Under the pieces are notes generated by a model, which was not told the DNA's origin, did no database searches, and was given only the letters and a program-made list of their open reading frames with translations. From contig JBLIRP010000014.1 of assembly GCA_049472355.1 (NCBI GenBank), positions 1 to 53,536 of the forward strand: a stretch of DNA of 53,536 bases, read 5' to 3'. Made by a program: the position numbers and the translations under genes. Shown here one piece after another: positions 49,043 through 53,536 of the stretch; positions within the stretch are counted from its first letter, which is position 1, and every line of letters begins with the position of its first letter. The stretch comes from a bacterium (GTDB lineage: Bacteria > SZUA-182 > DTGQ01 > JAFGSM01).

Positions 49043-50071
49043 ATGCCGCTCTTAAATATTTTCCCGATTCTCGTTCTTGGATTTGTTGTTGCCTTTTTTA
49101 TCCTTTTTCTCTATCTGATCCCGGTCCCCCTGTGGATCGCTGCCTGGTCATCTGGTGCGTACGTTGGCCTCACCAATCTGATCGGAATGCGCCTGCGGCG
49201 GGTCCCCCCGTCGGTGGTGGTCAACGCCCGGATAAGCGCGGTAAAGGCTGGGCTGGATATCGCCGTCAATGACCTGGAGGCGCTCTTCCTTGCCGGAGGT
49301 CACGTGGGATCAGTGGTCAAGGCGCTCATCTCCGCTGACAAGGCGAGCATCGAGATGAGCTTCGGCACCGCATCGGGCATCGACCTTGCCGGAAGGGACG
49401 TGCTCGAGGCGGTGAAAATGAGCGTCATTCCCAAGGTGATCGAGACGCCGGTGGTCGCTGCCGTGGCAAAAGACGGTATCCAGGTGATGGCCAAATCCAG
49501 GGTCACCGTTCGGGCAAACATGTCACGTCTTGTGGGGGGTGCAGGGGAGCAGACCATCATCGCCCGGGTCGGCGAGGGCATTGTCACCACCATCGGGTCG
49601 GCCAATTCCTACAAGGCCGTTCTGGAAAACCCCGACTCCATCTCCCGGACCGTCCTTGCAAAGGGACTCGACTCAGGGACCGCATTCGAGATCCTCTCCA
49701 TAGACATCGCGGATGTGGATGTGGGCGAGAATATCGGCGCCCGCCTGCAGACCAAACAGGCGATCGCCGACAAGGAGATCGCCCAGGCCCTTGCGGAGAG
49801 CAGGCGCGCGCTTGCGGTTGCCGCTGAGCAGGAGATGAAGGCGAAGGTCCAGGAGATGAAGGCGAAGGTCATCGAGGCGGAGGCCCAGGTGCCCCTCGCC
49901 ATGGCAGAGGCATTCCGGAAGGGAAACCTGGGGGTAATGGACTACTACCACCTGAAAAACATCGCGGCAGATACGGAGATGCGGGAGTCCATCTCGAAAA
50001 TGGGGGGAGAAAAACCGCAGCCCCCGCACCCCGCCCCCAAGCATAACGAGGACGAAAAGAAGGGGAATTGA
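49043..50071 (+). CDS. floA: Flotillin-like protein FloA (YqfA)
   Basis: [62 protein letters not shown]. Confidence 0.95.
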   Translation: MPLLNIFPILVLGFVVAFFILFLYLIPVPLWIAAWSSGAYVGLTNLIGMRLRRVPPSVVVNARISAVKAGLDIAVNDLEALFLAGGHVGSVVKALISADKASIEMSFGTASGIDLAGRDVLEAVKMSVIPKVIETPVVAAVAKDGIQVMAKSRVTVRANMSRLVGGAGEQTIIARVGEGIVTTIGSANSYKAVLENPDSISRTVLAKGLDSGTAFEILSIDIADVDVGENIGARLQTKQAIADKEIAQALAESRRALAVAAEQEMKAKVQEMKAKVIEAEAQVPLAMAEAFRKGNLGVMDYYHLKNIAADTEMRESISKMGGEKPQPPHPAPKHNEDEKKGN

Positions 50072-50072
50072 C

Positions 50073-50522
50073 ATGGACAAGATTATCATCCTCGTCATCC
50101 TCTATCTCATGTTCAAATTCATCTGTCGTTTTCTCACCGAGATGCAGGGCCAGAAAAGGGGTAACACACTGCATCCACTTCCCTCCGGCCTGCCCCGGCC
50201 AGGCATCCCCCGCACGCCAGGCGCGGAATCACATGAAATCGCCCCCCCACCGATGCCTGAAGATGTCGAGGGAGAGCGAATCATGGAGGGCCTTTACCCT
50301 TCCGATCACAAAAAGACCAGAGAGGATACAACAATGATGGGCCAGGCCGTCCCTTATGAGCACGGGCGGGGTGATCCCCGGAAGGATGAAGAAATAATCC
50401 TGCCGCATTTCGGGCTCAAGGATGGTCATGCTGCTCTGCTTCAGGGGATCATCCTTGCGGAGATCCTTGGGCCCCCCGTTTCACGCAGAAGGCGCCTGAT
50501 GACACCGTATCTGAGGGGGTAA
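50073..50522 (+). CDS. YqfB-like hypothetical protein of the floA operon
   Basis: N-terminal TM; C-terminal QGIILAEILGPPVSRR. Confidence 0.7.
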   Translation: MDKIIILVILYLMFKFICRFLTEMQGQKRGNTLHPLPSGLPRPGIPRTPGAESHEIAPPPMPEDVEGERIMEGLYPSDHKKTREDTTMMGQAVPYEHGRGDPRKDEEIILPHFGLKDGHAALLQGIILAEILGPPVSRRRRLMTPYLRG

Positions 50523-50544
50523 CAAAAGAGGGGGCTTTCCTTCA

Positions 50545-50751
50545 TCACCGGGAGTCTCCAACCCCTATTTCCCCTGCGAAGACCAATGTCCGGATCACAT
50601 GGGAATCGTGGGAATCGAAGATGATCTCAACCCTTATTGCAGGGGTGACATACAGCTCTGTGTTTTGGTAGAACAGTCCCAGCAACTCCGCCTTGGCAAG
50701 GAGGATGAGCGAACTGCTGTCCGAGATGAAGGACGCCGGTTTCATCGCCAT
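50545..50751 (-). pseudogene. Truncated PIN-domain (DUF3368/VapC-like) gene
   Basis: ISDSSSLILLAKAELL..YVTPAIRVEI matches a PIN N-terminus; ORF ends at 68 aa. Confidence 0.55.
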
Positions 50752-50793
50752 CCAATATACACTATTTTTATGACAATAAAAATAGTGTGTTTG

Positions 50794-50822
50794 TTGACAA
50801 ACATATCTTCATAAGGTATATT
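50794..50822 (+). promoter_or_regulatory. Sigma-70-type promoter
   Basis: TTGACA-N17-TATATT. Confidence 0.65.
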
Positions 50823-51587
50823 TGAAGGGTAAGATAATTATTTTGGCTAAAAGATTGTTCCTCACATCATTGTTTTTCTTCATCAGCGTTTCTTTCATCT
50901 TACGCACTCATCATCCGAGTTTTGATGTGCATCCATCTCGTTTCGGCCCATGAGAGCCATGGACAGGCAGGTCGAAATGCAGGTGAGCATTATTTCTCAC
51001 CTTCCTCGGAGGGGGGAAAAGAAATAAGGTAACAGTCATAATCATAGCCATATACTATGGACTTAACAAAAACCATCCATGAGCATGCATCATCATGGGT
51101 GAGCAACGGGGTGATTCGAAATCAGGGCATCTCACTGAGAAAAATACGCTTACGTTCAGATATTACATGGGGTTTCGCTTCAGGCACAGGTTGAAACGGC
51201 AATTGCTCCGGGAAGTCATTACGATACGATCGAATCATTCACACAACATTGATATATTCAAAATACCACGGAGCACAGGTTGCTCATGGCCGACCCCCCC
51301 GGGCCGTCCCTAAGGTATTCGGAAACACCGTATGCCCCAAGACAACCTGTGTCCCGTGGTAGTTTTTATACCGACACCAGCAACCTTCTCGTATATTCCA
51401 AGGTTTCTCCCCTTCGCATTGAGCATTACCCCGCTGCGGAATGCCTCCACGGTATATTTTTTTTCATCTTCCGAAATTCACGCATACGCCGGTATGGACC
51501 CCAATGACTCCACGGCCCTGTATTTTTTTGACGGCCATGTGGTAGGATAGAGACGTCCCCCTGCTATAAAGGGGGGAGGCATGGCAG

Positions 51588-52676
51588 GTGTCACGAGGGA
51601 TTCATATGCGGGGAAAGGACGGAGAACGTACCAACGGCAGAGGCAACACCCTGGAGAACCCGCGGATAGGCGTGGTAGGTGCGGGAAGCTGGGGAACCAC
51701 CCTCGCCCACCTGTTGGGCGAAAAGGGATTCCCTGTGGACCTCTGGGTGTACGAACCTGAACTGGCGGACATCATAGACGGTCAAAGAGAAAACACCTAT
51801 TACCTTCCCGGTTTCAGGCTCCCGGCACATGTATGTCCAAGCAATTCCCTGAGCGACGTGGTAAAGAAAAAATCCCTATTGGTCATGGCGGTGCCTTCTC
51901 ACGTCTACCGGGATGTCGCACGTGAGGTGATCGAATTTCTGGATAAAGGGGCCACCATCGTCAGCGTCACCAAGGGGATCGAAAACGACACCCTGCTCAC
52001 CATGTCCGGGATCTGGCGCGACATCCTCCCCTCCTCGCTCCCGATGCAAACGGTGACCCTTGCAGGGCCAAGTTTTGCCAAGGAGGTCATCAGGAGGCTT
52101 CCTGCAGCAGTCACCGCAGCATGTTCCCACCTGGACACCGCCCGCATGGTGCAGCGCATTTTCTCTACCGATTATTTCCGGGTATACAGCTCCGTCGATG
52201 AAACCGGCGTGGAGCTCGCCGGGGCGCTCAAAAACGTGATCGCCATCGCAGCAGGCATCTCCGACGGGCTGGGCTTCGGGCACAATGCCCGCGCCGCACT
52301 CATCACCAGGGGATTGAGCGAGATATCCCGCCTGGGGGTCAGCATGGGCGCGGATCCCCTCACCTTCAGCGGGCTCTCCGGCGTGGGGGACCTGGTCCTG
52401 ACCTGCACCGGTGACTTGAGCCGCAACCGCACCGTGGGGCTCAGCCTGGGGAAGGGGAAGCGGCTACCGGAGATTCTCGCAGACATGCGCATGGTCGCCG
52501 AGGGGATCAAGACCACGAAATCGGCATACCAACTCTCCGGGCGAGAGCAGGTGGACATGCCCATATGCACGCAGGTGTACCAGATTCTCTATGAGGGGAA
52601 ATCCTGCGATGCCGCGGTCCGGGAATTGATGTCCCGGAGCCTCAAGGACGAGATGCCCATAACCAAACTTCGTTAG
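51588..52676 (+). CDS. gpsA: NAD(P)H-dependent glycerol-3-phosphate dehydrogenase
   Basis: GAGSWGT, TKGIE, GPSFAKE, GALKNVIAIAAG, GDLVLTCTGDLSRN; exact start uncertain. Confidence 0.97.
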   Translation: MSRGIHMRGKDGERTNGRGNTLENPRIGVVGAGSWGTTLAHLLGEKGFPVDLWVYEPELADIIDGQRENTYYLPGFRLPAHVCPSNSLSDVVKKKSLLVMAVPSHVYRDVAREVIEFLDKGATIVSVTKGIENDTLLTMSGIWRDILPSSLPMQTVTLAGPSFAKEVIRRLPAAVTAACSHLDTARMVQRIFSTDYFRVYSSVDETGVELAGALKNVIAIAAGISDGLGFGHNARAALITRGLSEISRLGVSMGADPLTFSGLSGVGDLVLTCTGDLSRNRTVGLSLGKGKRLPEILADMRMVAEGIKTTKSAYQLSGREQVDMPICTQVYQILYEGKSCDAAVRELMSRSLKDEMPITKLR

Positions 52677-52782
52677 GGCGGAGCGAAGCGGAGCCTCTAT
52701 GCACCCGCTACGGCCACCAAAAGGGCCTTGCGACTTCAAGTACCAAAAACTTCGTCAGGGCGGAGCGAAGCGAAGCCTCTAT
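52665..52782. repeat. 36-bp direct repeat pair (52665-52700 and 52747-52782) with 46-bp spacer
   Basis: AAACTTCGTYAGGGCGGAGCGAAGCGRAGCCTCTAT, two mismatches. Confidence 0.85.
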
Positions 52783-52806
52783 ATGGGGCATCAACCTATC
52801 CCACAG

Positions 52807-53265
52807 CTACCGCTCCCGGGACCGCCCCTTGAGCGCCCGCTCGATCTCCCGTCGCTCCTCCTTCTTCCGCAGGGTTTCTCGCTTGTCGTACTGCCGCTTC
52901 CCCTTGGCGAGGCCGATCTCCACCTTGGCCTTTCCTCCCTTGAAGTAGAGACGGGTGGGGATGAGGGTCATCCCCTTTTCGGTCATCTTGCCGAGAAGCC
53001 TCTTGATTTCCCCCTTTTTCAGGAGGAGCTTCCGGGGACGCAGGGGATCGTGGTTGAAATGCCCGCCGCAGGGATAGGGGCTGATGTGACAACCGATGAG
53101 GTACGCCTCGCCCGATTCTATGCGGGCGTAGCTATCCTTGAGATTGGCGTGCCCCTCCCGGAGCGACTTGACCTCCGTGCCCTGGAGCACGAGTCCCGCC
53201 TCGATGGTCTCCAGGATGAAGTAGTCATGAAACGCCTTCTTGTTGGCGACGATCTGCTTTGTCAT
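52807..53265 (-). CDS. smpB: SsrA-binding protein
   Basis: [36 protein letters not shown]. Confidence 0.98.
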   Translation of the reverse strand: MTKQIVANKKAFHDYFILETIEAGLVLQGTEVKSLREGHANLKDSYARIESGEAYLIGCHISPYPCGGHFNHDPLRPRKLLLKKGEIKRLLGKMTEKGMTLIPTRLYFKGGKAKVEIGLAKGKRQYDKRETLRKKEERREIERALKGRSRER

Positions 53266-53536
53266 CCATCCTTCTTCTTTTCCTGGAAAAAGACCCGCTG
53301 CGCCTTTCCCGCCTGCCGGGGAAGTGTCCCGGGCTTGAACACGTCCCCCTTGGGGCTGAACCCGAGGGCCTCCTTGAGATGCTTCTCCACGGTGAACCCG
53401 GTTACCCCCTCATCCGCCTCCACATTGATCCTCACATCCTTTATACCGTTTATGTCCTCGATGATGATCTGGTAGTGGCTGCGCACCCCGGGGATATCCA
53501 TGAGTGCCTGCTCTATCTGGCGAGGGAAAAAATTGA
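53262..53536 (-). CDS. Phenylacetate-CoA ligase family protein, 3' end
   Basis: [31 protein letters not shown]; enters from the window edge. Confidence 0.8.
   Translation of the reverse strand, partial: NFFPRQIEQALMDIPGVRSHYQIIIEDINGIKDVRINVEADEGVTGFTVEKHLKEALGFSPKGDVFKPGTLPRQAGKAQRVFFQEKKKDG

Noticed and set aside
52665..52782. CRISPR array
   Set aside because: Only two repeats, one overlapping a stop codon, and no cas genes.
52677..52806. tmRNA or tRNA next to smpB
   Set aside because: Gap too short for tmRNA and no T-arm/acceptor-stem pattern seen.
52699..53475. 258-aa plus-strand ORF
   Set aside because: Antisense shadow of smpB and the CoA ligase gene in GC-rich DNA.

Overview
Bacterial genomic window; gene content is compatible with an anaerobic diderm such as a Desulfobacterota-like organism (inference). 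About 1-44 kb is a visibly lower-GC accessory island, almost all on the minus strand. About 44.1-53.5 kb is higher-GC housekeeping DNA: endonuclease V, HAD hydrolase, TPR protein, nfeD-nfeD-floA operon, gpsA, smpB and the 3' end of a phenylacetate-CoA-ligase-like gene. The island core is an Afp/PVC-type contractile injection system (CIS) with sheath, two tubes, a tail chaperone with a probable -1 frameshift, LysM tube initiator, split gp27/gp5 spike, gp25, baseplate J, tail-I, PAAR and Pvc16 cap. It lies behind a correctly spaced sigma-54 promoter with its own sigma-54 activator nearby. No Afp15 ATPase and no long tail fibre are visible. Instead there are two paralogous bitopic Ig-repeat proteins and several integral membrane proteins, including two HExxH proteins, which suggests a membrane-tethered CIS. 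Two NLR-like modules flank the CIS. One is a stand-alone SIR2 gene coupled to an nSTAND1 NTPase that runs off the window edge. The other is a transmembrane nSTAND1-WD40 receptor whose N-terminal 24-aa motif is shared with the N-terminus of the next small helical protein, a candidate amyloid (BASS/RHIM-like) signalling pair. All family assignments come from motif recognition by eye; no database search was run.
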